Assembly: GCF_009914755.1 (NCBI RefSeq)
Contig: NC_060944.1
Origin: the human T2T-CHM13v2.0 reference genome, Homo sapiens
DNA length: 64,000 bases
Reading direction: 5' to 3' (one strand)
Numbering within the stretch: the first letter of the stretch is position 1; each line of letters begins with the position of its first letter. A program made the position numbers and the translations under genes. The notes beneath the pieces were generated by a model. It did no database searches, was not told where the DNA came from, and saw only the letters and a program-made list of their open reading frames with translations. This document shows positions 1 to 14,397 of this stretch, piece after piece.

Positions 1-519
1 TCTCAAGAGATTCAGGAAAATCCCAAGAGGGAACAATATTGAGAGGCACAGAGATAGTAAAGAGGACTTCAAAGAATTTTGCTTATTGCTCTGACAATAT
101 TTCTCCCTTGGGGATGTTTAAGTGACGTTTGTAAAGTTTCCAATTGCTTTCAACTGTGGTTTTTTTTTGGTTACTGAGCTGTTTCTTTGAAATCATGTAG
201 AAAAACAGACACACACAAATCATCACCCATTATTTTACCATCACTGTTATTATTTGGGGGTGTCTTGTTGTCTGGGTCCCAACGCATTTCTGTGCTAAGT
301 GTAATTGGGGTGGTGATGGGAGGGGTAGGGTAGTGTATTTAGGCTTTGGAGCCAGATGGACTTGGTCTGAATTCTGCTTCTTTTATTCTTATTAAGTGCA
401 TGGTCTTAAGTAATAAGCACGGCATGGGGAAAGGAAGAAAGAGAAGGCGTCCCTCGAGTCTTGGAACCAAAGCCCTGAGCTCGATGCTAATTGGATTAAC
501 CCTGACCATTGCCTGTGGC

Positions 520-945
520 CAGGAGAATGCCACGTGCTGACTGGCTCAGGTTGTAGTTACCTGAGCCAATCGCCGTGGAAGGCAGGGAGGGGGGGCACCC
601 TGATTGGCTTAGACAGGTGAAGGCTGCTACAATGATGGACTGGACTGCAGATGTGCGGAAAACTACCGCAGAGCTGGTGCAGGCTCCCGGGAGGCGGGGC
701 TGCGGCACCTCCTGGGCCGGTAGGGTCCTTAGGCGCGGAGGGGAGGGGAGGGGAGGGGAGAGGGTCCTGTCTGGGCTTCTCGCCGGGCATGGCTCTGGGG
801 CTCTGCCCTCCACCTGTTCCCTGACCTGTGTCCCTCTGCTCACCCCGCCCGTATCCCAAGCCAGGGTCATGCCACGTCCCCAACCCTCGCCTTTCTCCTG
901 GGCGAAGGGAGCCCTAACCGCTGCAGTTTGGAGGCCAGACGGTTT
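520..945. promoter_or_regulatory. CpG-enriched, GC-rich promoter/enhancer-like element
   Basis: About 20 CpGs in ~420 bp against a CpG-depleted background; E-box CACGTG 531-536; two opposed CCAAT/NF-Y boxes (566-570, 603-607); GC box GGCGGG 693-698; (GGGGA)4 G-quadruplex motif 740-758; not repeat-derived. Confidence 0.6.
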
Positions 946-1249
946 TTTGTTTCCTCCTTGGCAAAACATGAGTTCTCTTTTTCTAAGAAAATAAAGGGAC
1001 TTAAAAAAGAAGAAGAAGAAGAAAATGGGAAAATCGTATAAAAATAAAAGCCCAAATCCCAACTCCAGTAGCAAATTATACTCCAAATAACTCTTAACAA
1101 ACTAGGCTTGGAACCATTCTATAGGAGGCAACCAGACCCATCAGAATTAAGTTTTTCATAAAGGCAGAGCCAAACCGAGAAAGGTTCTCAAGGAAAAGAT
1201 TGCTCGAGGCTTCTGAAGCAGAGATTTTAATAATTGTTATCAATACCCA

Positions 1250-1440
1250 CGACTTACTGAGCGCTTACCCTGCACTGTGCTAAGTGTGTTACCTATTATC
1301 TATAATCCTCCCGATGACCCTGTTTTACAGATGAGGAAACTGAGACACAGAGTTAAGTGGCTTGCCCCAGGGCACACCGTTTGCAAGCCACAGGGCTGGC
1401 ACCCAATCCTGTCTCTTTTTCCAAAGCTCCGTAACCACTG
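1250..1440 (-). mobile_element. MIR SINE
   Basis: MIR core ttttacagatgaggaaactgagacacagagttaagtggcttgcc. Confidence 0.8.
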
Positions 1441-1824
1441 TCCTTCCCTACCTCCCTCCACATCTGGGATTTCAGAATGTTTGCAGAGTGAGGTTGCTGG
1501 AGTGAGTTGGGGCTTGAGGCAGGTAGAGCCTCCCCTCCTGGTCCCTGGATTCTGTTGGGTTTTGGCTTGGTCCTTGTAGGACTACTTCAAGCTGGCTGGA
1601 GAAGGGGCTTATTCTTTCTGATTTGTTACCCCCTAGATTCTTCCACAAAGCGAATTAGCTCCAGCCAGCCTGGAGTTGCCTGTCTTCTTGTTTTTTAGAT
1701 GAGAGGGAAGCAAAGCATAATGAACTGTTGCAATAGGCAAGATCCCTGGACTTAAGAAGGAAATAGTCTCCTCTCCTGCTGACTTTGTGAGGCAAAGCAG
1801 ACCAGAAAGGGTCAAAATTCTTTC

Positions 1825-2030
1825 ACCAGAAGTAAGTGCTAAAAAGACAAGAAGAGCAAGCTAAAGTGGAGAGGTACTGGAGGTGCTACTTTGGGTGGGT
1901 GATCACGGAAGGCCTCTCTGAGGAGGCGACATAGAAGCAAGGCTCTGAATGATGGAAAAGAACCAGCTGTGGGAGAACCTGGGGAGAGAGCATTGCAAGC
2001 CCAGGAGCAGCAGGTGCTGAGATGTGGAGG
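1825..2030 (-). mobile_element. L2 LINE fragment
   Basis: ggaaggcctctctgaggaggcgacat...ctgaatgatgg, typical of antisense L2. Confidence 0.6.
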
Positions 2031-2794
2031 CTGAGCAAAGGTTACCTAGGGAAGGAAGGGAAGCATGTGGTGGGAAGAAAGGCCTTCCTGGAAGAAGAAA
2101 ATGCCTGTTGCCTTTCATGCCGGGAATGTCCCTAAGCCAGTGGAAGCTTCTGCCACAGTCAGCTAGGATGTCATCTGAGTCTATGCCACAGTGGTCTTCC
2201 CAACCTGGTGACCTGGGGGCCCACTCAGTGGCTAAGGAACGTAGTTATTTGTGCCTGCAGAGAGTGGGATGGTGCGTGACATCCTGCACTAGGTGGGGAA
2301 AGGAAGTTTCAATAAGAAAAGTCGTCCCCACCATGGGGATTCTTGGGGCTGCCTTCACCCTTGGGTTTAGCGACCTGCGAAGGAAAACAGCCCAGGGAGG
2401 GAGGGATGTGGCCTGCCTAGCTGCCAGGCTCAGAGTGCTGGCAAGGAGGAGGAGCACGCTTTGTTGAGGAAGCATGAGTCGTCACTTACAAAATGCTTGC
2501 TTGCTTCTTTCTTTCTTTTCTTCTTTCCAGTTCAGAGCAAATGGCACCGCCTTATCCTGGAGGCAACATCAGGTTGTTTTTCAAAAGTGAAAATTGATAT
2601 TTGCTCTCTGCGTTGTGTTGACTTTCATTTTAGTAGCCCTCCAGGCAAGCAAATAAGAAAATATCAGTTTCCAGGATGGGAAAGCAGGGAGATACAATAC
2701 TTGAGGGGCAACAACCCAAAATTTAATATGGATGATTTGCTTAAATATTCACTGGGTCTGTTTAAACATTCCAGATAACCAAAATTATATCCTG

Positions 2795-3325
2795 AGGAGG
2801 CAGCACAGCACATATTTAAACCAGCCGAGTGCATGAGTCCTGATAACTTGGGTTTCAGTCTAATTTTTGCTTCTTACCAGCTCTGAGAATTTGAACAAGT
2901 GCCTTAGCCTCTATGAGCCTCAGTTTACCTGCCTAAAAAATGGAAATAACTTTCTCATAGTATTGTTGCGTCTCTCAGTACAGGCTTGGATATACAGGAA
3001 ATGCTTAGCATAGTGTCTGGAACATGATAACAGTTCACAACATTTAAACTAGTTGTCTAATAATGATGATTAGTGGAATTCGTATTTGTAGTAATAGTGA
3101 TGAATGGTAGATTCCAGAGTCAGACTTTCTGGGTTCAGTTGCCTGGCTCTGCCACTTACCGTCTGTGTGACCTTAGGCAGGTTAGTTGACTTCACTGAGC
3201 CTCAGTTTTCCCATCTACAAAGTGGTGATGAGAGTAAAACACAGTAGTATGAGAACTAAATGTATAAGAACTAAGAACCAATCTTGGTATGGGGTGAGCA
3301 TTATACGAGTGTTATTATATTATTA
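2795..3325 (+). mobile_element. Two MIR SINEs (about 2795-3050 and 3105-3325)
   Basis: gagcctcagtttacct and ctctgccacttaccgtctgtgtgaccttaggcagg...gagcctcagttttcccatct. Confidence 0.75.
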
Positions 3326-3757
<432 letters not shown>

Positions 3758-4481
3758 TCACCAACTTGGTTAAATAAATGGAATAGAAGGCCATGAATGA
3801 CTCCAGAGTTCCACTGCAGATGGAAAGAGCCTCACTCTCTATCTGCTAAGCATTCTGGTAGGTCTAGAATAGAAATACCTCTCCTTCCCTTCAAGTAGAT
3901 GCCTTTCAGGACCAGGTCTTGTGCCACAAATACATACAATGCTCAGTAAATGGGTGTAAAGGCTTCTCCGTTCTCCATGGACTCACAGCACCAAACACCA
4001 ATTCTGTCTCCAGCATGCATCTCCCAGTAGGAGCTCCACTGGCTCAGGAGCCTGAGATCTCCTTGGTGACCCACTGTGTTCAGTTCATTGGCATCTCCAG
4101 GGCCTTCCACATAGTAGGCACTCCACTCAGGCAAGTTGATGAAATAGTACTGACACATACAGAGGACACTCAGTAATGGCATTTTGATGGAGTTTGCATG
4201 TTTGACTGAAGAGGAGAAGAAAGAGATGCATATTTTTCTCCTCAAGCTGGAGCACACAGGTCGTTGGGGGGCAGAGCTTGATTAGAGACTGGGCCAACTG
4301 AGTAGCCACAGGGGCTGCTAACATCTCTAGGACACTAACTTGTCACTGGGCAGGCAACGAGATAGAGAAAATTACATTTGTCAGCCCTCCATTCTGAGAG
4401 AATATTCTCTCAAGCATCTGCAGTCATAAGGAATATTTTGATAAGCGGCTTGGGCTGAGGATGAGATGATGAGACCCTCTC

Positions 4482-4953
4482 TGTGTTGGTTAATTTAAGG
4501 TGCCAATTTGACTGGATTAAGGAATACCTAGAGAACTGGTAAAGCACTTCTGGGTGAGTCTGTGAGGGTGTTTCCAGACAAGATTGGCATGTGAGCTGAG
4601 TTGGTGAACTGAGTGGGGAAGCTTTGCCCTCAATATGGTGGGCACCATCCAATCAGCTGAGGGTTCAGAACAAAAAACGCAGAGGAAGAGCAATTTTTCT
4701 GTCTTTCCTAGAGCTGGGACATTCTTCTCCTGCCATTGGACATCAGAACTCCAGGATTTCTGGCCTTTGGACTGCAGGACTTACACCAACACCCTTCCCC
4801 TTCTCCCTACCCCCAGGATTCTTAGGACTTTGGCTTTGGACTGGGAGTTACACCATCGACTTTCCTGGTTCTGAGGCCTTTGAACTTGGGCTGAGACATC
4901 AGCCTTTGGCATCCTAGTGTTTCCAGCTTGCAGATGGACCTCATGGGACTTCT
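4482..4953 (+). mobile_element. MLT2B-type ERVL LTR, 3'-truncated
   Basis: Starts tgtgttggttaatttaaggtgccaatttgactggattaagg; contains gtctgtgagggtgtttccag and ggcaccatccaatcagctgagg. Confidence 0.8.
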
Positions 4954-4954
4954 C

Positions 4955-5940
4955 GCATTGTCTTGGGGAATAGCATGTGTCTTCCTTCTATCTGTACTAA
5001 TCTTTTAAACAAATGGCCACACCCTTGGTTTGCTCTCCTAAAGATGCCTTTTATGTGGCCAGGTGTGACTCTTCCAAATCTCTCTGCTATGCTTTTCTTT
5101 TAATTATAAATTTTTTCCTTAAATAATTTCTCTCCTCTCACGTCTTACTCTATGTCGTTAAAAGTAGCCACACAGTTCCTTCAGCATTTTGCTTAGAAAT
5201 TTCTTCTGCCAGATATCCTAGTTCATCACTCTTAAGCTCTGCCTTCCATAAAGCCCTTGGGCATGGACACAGTTCAGCCGAGTTCTTTGCCTCCTTGTAA
5301 TAAGGATGACCTTTACTCCAGTTTTCAATAAGAGAGTCTTCATTTCCATCTAGACGTCATAAGAATGGTCTTTACCATCCCTATTTCTACCAGCCTTCTG
5401 GTCATGACCACTTAAGTAATCTCTAAGATGATTCAGACTTTCCTAAGCTATTCTCTTCTGAGCTCTCATCAGAATTGCCCTTAATGTTCCCTTCATGGCA
5501 ACAGAAGCTTTTCTAGCATCTTCTTCTGAATTCTTCCAGCCTCCGCTCATTATCCAGTTGTTGTTATTGTTGTAGTTTTAAGATGGAGTCTCACTCTGTC
5601 GCCCAGACTGGAATGCAGTGGCATGGATCTTGCCTAACCACAACCTCTGCCTCCCAGGTTCAAGCAATTCTTCTGCCTCAACCTCCCAGGTAGCTGGGAT
5701 TACAGGCGTGTACCACCATGCCCGGCTAATTTTTGTATTTTTAGTAGAGATGGGGTTTCACCATGTTGGCCAGGCTGGTCTCGAACTCCTGACCTCAGGT
5801 GATCCTCCCTCCTCAGCCTCCCAAAGTCTTGAGATTACAGGCATGAGCCACCGTGCCTGGCCCATTACTCAGCTCTGAAGTTGCTTCCACATATTCAGGT
5901 ATTTGTTATAGCAACAGCTCCACTCCCAGTGCACATTTCC
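4955..5940 (-). mobile_element. MaLR (MST-type) internal sequence, interrupted by an Alu
   Basis: gccagatatcctagttcatcactcttaag...gcttccacatattcaggtatttgttatagcaac abutting an MST LTR. Confidence 0.7.
5558..5862 (-). mobile_element. AluS element
   Basis: Antisense full dimer with (TTG)-rich tail. Confidence 0.95.
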
Positions 5941-6331
5941 TGTCTCAGCTCCTTTTGTGTTACTGTAACAGAATACCTGAGACTGGGTAATTTGTAAAGA
6001 AGAGAGATTTATTTCTTATAGTGCTGAGGACTGAGAAGTCCCAGGTTGAAGAGCCTGCATCTTGCAAGGGCCTTCTTGCTGTGTCATTCCATGGTGGAAG
6101 GTGGAAGGGCAGGAGAGCATATGTGTAAGAGAAGGGGGCCAAACTCATCCTTTGATTAGGAGCCAACTCTCGTGATAACTAACCCACTCCTGAGATAATG
6201 CCATTAATCCATTCACGATGGTGGAGCCCTCATGACCTACTCACCTCTTAAAGGTCCCACCTCTCAACACTGTTCCATTGGGGATTAAGTTTCTGACACA
6301 TGAACTTTGGAGGGCACATTCAACCCATAGC
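5941..6331 (-). mobile_element. MSTC/MSTD-type MaLR LTR
   Basis: acagaatacctgagactgggtaatttgtaaag...ggtcccacctctcaacactgtt...catgaactttggagggcacattcaacccatagca. Confidence 0.8.
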
Positions 6332-6839
6332 ACTCCCTCACTCACGTTCAAATAGAAGTGAATTGTCACCAGGCTGCCTCCCTGGGACTCTGTGCTAGTG
6401 GACTAGGAGTGGAGGGGGGGATGCAGAGTAGGGCATGCAAGAATAGGACAGAGCTACATTACCCTAGAGAATGAACCTGAGGGTCCCTTCTGGCATTGCT
6501 TCTCAGTTTGAAAGTCAATAGAGTTTCTAGCTTGCTTCCCAAGATGATTGTTTCTGAGGCAGGGAGTGATAAGCCAAGGCGTACGTGAAGCCACAGCTTA
6601 AACGTGGTATTTCTTTCGAAGCCGGTTGCAAACCCTTTTAGGATAATTTAAGACAAGTGTCAGGACATGATGGAGTAGAATAACAAATGTCTTCACAGAT
6701 TTTTAAACACAGTATTTCAAAAAAATCTTGAGCTTCTTCCAGCCAAGTCATCCAGACTCTTAGATAATGTGTTTGCTATTTTCTCTGCAGTTAGAAATAT
6801 TTTGGTGGACATGGTTATGAAGCACTCACATCGCATTCC

Positions 6840-7138
<299 letters not shown>

Positions 7139-7314
7139 TCACATCCCATTCTTAAAACCCGAAGAGGGACCCATAAAACTGGCCATGTCTCTTTCTCTCT
7201 ACTTCTTCTTTTAAGACTAATTTCTGCAAAAAGATGACTTCTTTGATCTTGAACTCCTTCAGAGGGGCAAGCTAGAGTTAGACTATCATTGGCATCAATG
7301 GGGCATTTGGGAGG

Positions 7315-7910
7315 CAGTCAGAGTGTCTGGGTTTTTTGGGATAAAATCCCAATTCAAACTAAGTTAAAGCCAAAACGGATGCTGTTTGGCTCACAGAACT
7401 GGGGAGCACAAAGGTGGCTCCATGGATTCACATGTTGTCATCAGAGCTCTCTCTTTTCCAGTTCTTCTCTCTCTCTTTCTCTACATGGCCTCTTGCTCTT
7501 CCATGGAGGGACTTCATCTATGTGGCTCTGTAAAGGTGGTGGGGGTCATGGGCACAGACAAAGCCAGGATTACAGTGTAACCTTGCTTGTGGCAATCACA
7601 GAGGCTATAGAGAGCTTGAGTTTCTCAGGGTTTGCCTATAAAAAACCCAGGGCAGGGCTCTGATTGGTCCAGCCTAGATCACATGCATATCCCTGGGCCA
7701 ATTAGAATAGTGAGGGAGATGGAATCTTGTGATTGGCCAGGCCTAGATTACTGCCTCTCTCTCTCTAAAGGGAGTGGTGGGCAAGTGTATGATCGACAGC
7801 TGAAGTGGAATCGCATGGGAAGAGGGGCAAGGTTCCAAAGGTAGGAAGAAGTCATTTACCAGATTGGGGAGAAGCATTGGGCAGAAAGAAACCAAAGATT
7901 TTTACCACCC
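7315..7910 (-). mobile_element. Old MaLR LTR (MLT1J/K/L-like)
   Basis: ctctgattggtccagcctagatcacatg...gattggccaggcct signature. Confidence 0.6.
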
Positions 7911-8314
7911 ATGAAAAGATATTCTCATAGGAGAAATGGGAAGTCACCCAATGATTTTTTATGGAGTTAGCACCAGGTTGGTGTGGGATTGTGTGACATA
8001 AACTCAGATCTTTACCTAAAACCAGGACATTTTATGGGTCTCCATATCCTCAGGGGACCCTATATTCCTTCTCAGGAGAATGTTAAAAATTAGAAAAGGA
8101 AGGATTTTCCAAGACCAGAGCATGACTGGTTCTGATTTCTCTATGTCTTAAGAGATTAAGGTGGGAGAATGTTCTGGAGCAAATGGCTCAGTCTTCTTCC
8201 AGTTTCAAATTTTGTGCATCCTTCAATGCATCTGACAATGCGGCTAGACTAACTGGGTATGTGGAGGAGATGGGCTAATGGATACAACTTTCCAAGTATT
8301 TAATAGCTTCCAGC

Positions 8315-8635
8315 CAGAGGCCACAAAGTGATGGCATGCTTTCTTTGGCCAGCACAGGGGTTAAGGGGGAAAAGAAATCAAATGCTTGCTAACGTTTGAG
8401 ATATTGGAATATCTCACATGAAAGCCTGGATTTCCATCTTCTCTAGGTAAACCGGAAGGCATAGTCAAACTTGGCTATAGTTGGCTGGAGCTGAGGAGCA
8501 GCCCCTCTTAGATAAGTGTGTATACTCTAGTTTACCACAGTCTCCGCCACTCTGTCCCGCTACCCCAACCCACTTTATTCATTTATCCCATTATGTGTTT
8601 GGCCTAAGTAAGCATTTACCTTTGCAAGTCCTGTG
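8315..8635 (-). mobile_element. MER102 hAT-Charlie DNA transposon
   Basis: ggctggagctgaggagcagcccctcttagat...ctctagtttaccacagtctcc matches the reverse of MER102. Confidence 0.65.
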
Positions 8636-9011
8636 TTTTACAACAACAAATTCCCTGAGCACAGTCACTGAAGAACCGGATATTTCTTTTTCTAACTTTG
8701 TGCCCTTAAGCAAGTTACTTTCTCTTTCTAAACCTTCTTTTATCTGCAACATAGGGATGAGATGCTTACTTTATTTAACCAATCCTTATGAGCACCTATT
8801 ATTCTGAACACTGAGTTTACATCAGTGAGCAAATAGACTAAGTCCCTGATCTCATCGGGCTTAAAATCTAGTGTGGGGGAAACAAACATAAAGAGATAAA
8901 TTGACAAATAGATGGTGGGGGCAGACAAAGGTAGGTGTTCTTGACCCAGGGAAGTGGGAGCACACACTGGGGAGACGATTAAATGTCATAATGTATCTAA
9001 ATCGTTTAGTC

Positions 9012-9237
9012 CAGGAGTTGGAAAGCTACAGCTCCTGGGACCAATCTTTCTGCCACCTGCTTTGGTAAATAAAGTGTTATTGGAACACAGCCACTACACT
9101 CATTTACATATTACCTGAGCACTACAGACTGCTCTATGATGGCAGGGTTGAGCAATTGCGACACAGACTGTGTGACCCTCGGAGCCTCTAATTTTTACGA
9201 TCTAGCCCTTTAGAGAAAAAGTTTGTGCAGCTACTGC
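9012..9237 (+). mobile_element. MER58A DNA transposon
   Basis: ttggtaaataaagtgttattggaacacagccac...gccctttagagaaaaagtttg. Confidence 0.8.
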
Positions 9238-9246
9238 CTTAGCCTA

Positions 9247-9570
<324 letters not shown>

Positions 9571-10185
9571 TCATTAAATCGCAACTTCTTCTTAGGAGTA
9601 GTGCAAATGACCTCCCTCCTTGACGGTTGGTTGCTGGCCCTCCAGTGCTGGAGCCTTTACCCGCTCACTGCACCTCCCTAACCCACCTGCCTTTTTCTTT
9701 GCCTGCCTAACAGGCATGCTCCTTATTTAGGGATTAGCCACAGTGAGACTTCCATGGAAAGTTGAATGTGGCCCTAATCGGGGGCAGGGTTGGGTTTGCC
9801 CACTGTCCCTGTCGGTGCATTAGATCAGGTTAATCAGACCAAATCACGTACAGGATTAGGCAGGCCACAGCTTGAAGCTTCATGGCAGAAAGGGCTGGAT
9901 CGGTGTTGACTTCCATTTTTCAGTGGGGTGTGTGTGATGGGCTTGCTGAGGTTTTCTGTGGCTCATCAATGGTCTGCCCATGTGCCAGCTCCCACAGCCT
10001 GGCTGCCTCCCAGGGACCTTTGCTCTCAACTGCTTGGGGAGATTTGCTTATCCTGGGCGTCAGGGCACTCATCAGCACAGACCTCCAGCCAGGGTGGCCA
10101 TAGGGAAAGAGCAGGTGGTGTGCAGAGATGTCAAACAACAGCAAAGGGTTCTGGGTGGGGAGCCACGCAGGCCAGCAGAGTCCTT

Positions 10186-10677
<492 letters not shown>

Positions 10678-11285
10678 TCTTTGGGGTAGGAAACTGATTT
10701 GTATTTCAGTTGCTAAGGGGCCAGAGGGGGCGGGGCGCAGTGAGATGTCTGTGGGTGAGCTAGAGAGTTAGAAATGACCTGGTTTCCTAGCAGGCTTTAG
10801 AGCTCCTGGTTCCTGCCCTCATGACTCGCAGGGTTTTACAGGGAGTAATAATAATGTGGCTGAAGTTGGAGACAAAGAAGACCCTCCCTTCCTCCTTCGG
10901 CAGCTGATGGAGCAAGAGCAAGACAGCAGCAACTGCATCATTTATTGAGTGCCAGGTACTTTATATTCATCCTCTCATCCACTCCCACAATAACCCTGTG
11001 AGGTGGGCATCCTTGTTAAACTCATCTTGTAGGTACAGGATTTGAAGATCAACCAGGTGATAAATTTGCTAGAGGTCACTCAGCTAGTAATTATGTGGAA
11101 TGGCCATCTAAGTTTAGAACATGAGGAAAATGTTATTAAATCTATTAAATCTCTTAGGTTTTACTTTTCTGGTCCGGAAAATGGAAACACTTAAAGCTAC
11201 CTTGTAGTATTGTTGGAAGGATTGAGGAAGGGATGTACAGTGTCTAGCATACAGCATGTAATACACACTCACTAAATGATACCCA

Positions 11286-11806
11286 TGGTGATGATGATGG
11301 TGAGGCTGGTGCTACTACCGCTGCTGATGGTGGTGGCGATAATGGTGATGGCAATGGTGGCGATGATGATGATAAAGGTGATGCTGCTGCTGCTGCTGTT
11401 AATGGTAGTGATGATGATGATGGTGATAATGATTATGATGGTGTTGATGGTGATGATGGTGATGATGGTGATAATAGTGATGGTGATAATGGTGGTGGTG
11501 GTGGTAACGGTGATGATGATGGTGGTAGAGATGGTGGTAATGATGGTGATGATAATGATGGTGATGATGATGATGGTAATGATGGTGATAATAGTGATGG
11601 TGATGATGATGGTGGTAATGGTGATGATGGTGGTGGTGGTGTTGGTGATGGTGAAGGTTACGATAGTGAGGGTGATGGTGGTGATGGTGATGGTGATGAT
11701 GCTGATGGTGGTGATGGTGATGGTGGTAGTGATGGTAATGGTGATGGTTATGATAGTGATGATAATGGTGATGATGGTGATGGCAATGATGATGATGGTG
11801 ATAATG
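11286..11806. repeat. Degenerate (GAT/GGT)n trinucleotide repeat, about 520 bp
   Basis: Continuous tgatgg/tgatga/tggtgg triplets directly following a MIR 3' end. Confidence 0.95.
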
Positions 11807-11915
11807 TCAAAATATTGGACTGTTTCCAGCTCCAACTTTGCTGACTTATACCCACCCCCTGAAAGGGCATTTTGCCCCATGGAAAAAATAGAGCAATGTT
11901 CTTTTACTCCCTGAG

Positions 11916-12348
11916 TGTGTTCGCTTTCTATAGCTGCCATAATAAATTACCATAAACTGGGTGTATTAAAAGAAAACAGAAATGTACTCTCTTATAGTTC
12001 TGGAGGTCAGAAGTCTAAAAGCATGGTATTGGCAGGGCCTCTGGAGGCTCAGAGGGAAAAACCCGTCCTAGGCCTTTCTCCTCACTGTTGGTGGCTCCTG
12101 GCAATCCTTGGTATTTCTTGGCTTGTAGACTTATCACTCCCATCTCCACCTCCATCTTCACATGGACTTCTCTGTGTGTCCTTTCCCATCTCTTACAAGG
12201 ATACTCTCATTAGATTTAGGCCCTACCCTAATCCAGGATAATCTCATTTCTATCTTTACCTTAATTATATCCACAAAGACCCTATTTCCAAATAAGGTCA
12301 CATTCTGAGGTTGACGTGAACTTTAAGGAGGCACAACTCAACCTACTG
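11916..12348 (-). mobile_element. MLT1B-type MaLR LTR
   Basis: gctgccataataaattaccataaactgggtg...aaagaccctatttccaaataaggtcacattctgagg. Confidence 0.85.
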
Positions 12349-13639
12349 CCTTGACGTAGGTCAATGAAAGTCCAAGGAAATGACTGGAGACATGTCACGT
12401 CCCCACCAACACCAGGCCTCCTGCAGCACTGACCGGCCCCTTCTGCTCCTGTGTGCTCCCCTGATGGCTGTCACAGTGACTGTTGTTTGGTGCCATGGAA
12501 TCTGACCAACTCCTCCATGGCACCTCTTTGAATGTCTGAGGGCAATGACTCACCCAGGAGTCTTTCTGGTGTGTGATGATGGTGATGGACTAGAGAGTTA
12601 GTGGGTGAGTCCAGCCGGAGCTCCTGGGCTGCTGGATCACAACTGTGGCCTCTGGAAAATGGAAGCGGCAGCTTGGGGCCCCACCATTCCAAATCCCAGG
12701 GGTGTTTGAGGCACAGAGACTGTGGGGTAGAGATGCTGTGTCCAGCAGCAGTGGACTGCTTTTGCTCTTTCCTTTCAATAACAATTTGGAAAAGAAAATT
12801 GGAGTTAGCCATCATCACGGGCAAGCAGAGACAGATCCAGGGAGCTAAACCCTCTGTGTCGCCTTCCTGGAAGCATTTAGAGAATTCAGACCTACACGTT
12901 GAAGTGCCTATAGACCAGGGGAAGCCCGTTCCGACGTGGACAAAACTTCTTGAGTTTATCCTACCGCAGTGACAGGAGGGTGTTTGTGCATCATGAAACA
13001 GGAAGGAGATTGTGGGTAAGAGAGAAAGGGCCACTCCTACTGTCTGGTATGAGATTAATTCCAAGGTAACCACTCACCCTTTAGTAAGAGTGAGAGGAAC
13101 AACTCTATTGAAAAAGGAGTTTTCCCCACTCTCTACCGTTTCACCCCCAATGCCAACCCCATGAGTCTTCCCTGTCTCCTGAGGTGAGAAAGAGCAGCTG
13201 AGAGCCGCACACACTATTTTTAGAAAGAAAACCATACAGAGGGTGCTGTGTTGGAGAAACGCTTTGGGTGCATGAGGTTGGGGAGAAGGACCTGAGAATG
13301 TGGGGAAGGGGCGGGGCAGGAAAGTGACTGAGGATAGGACAGTTCTATGCCTCTGTTTGGGAGCTGGGGGCCTCTGAGGGGTCCCCCCTCCATCAGCATC
13401 TTGACCCCAGGTTCTGGAGAGTGCCAAGGCTTTGGGCACCAGATGGAAGTTGCTGATGGTTCTGACGAAAGCCAATGGTTTCTTTGCAAAGAGAACTTTT
13501 CTTCATAAAAATAGAATTTGCTGGTTTTACTAGTTAGAAAAGACAAACATGGGTGGACAGAGGGGAGGGTTGAGCCTTTCCATTGTGAGCTAACATAAAT
13601 GGAAACCTATGCTTTTAGCACCTCCAACAATGATGCTGA

Positions 13640-13745
13640 GAAGAAAAATAGGGAAGAAGGAAGGAAAAGGGGAGGGAGAGAGGGAGGGAAGGGGGGAGGG
13701 AAGGGGGGAGGGAAGGGGGAGGAAGACAAAGAAAGGAGGAGTAGA
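13640..13745. repeat. Purine-rich (GGGA/GGAA) tract with G-quadruplex potential
   Basis: gggagggaaggggggagggaaggggggagggaaggggga. Confidence 0.8.
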
Positions 13746-13760
13746 AAAGACCAAAACATA

Positions 13761-14397
<637 letters not shown>

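Noticed and set aside
496-1086. 196-aa minus-strand ORF and overlapping ORFs at the CpG-rich element
   Set aside because: Low-complexity Phe and Pro runs, no recognisable domain; open frames are expected in GC-rich DNA
11272-11940. 212-aa and 222-aa ORFs (poly M/V, poly I/T)
   Set aside because: Translations of a trinucleotide repeat
12471-13475. Adjacent 200-aa and 133-aa minus-strand ORFs with an AGG|GTGAGT donor near 13077
   Set aside because: No recognisable protein similarity or matching acceptor; an isolated donor motif is not sufficient evidence
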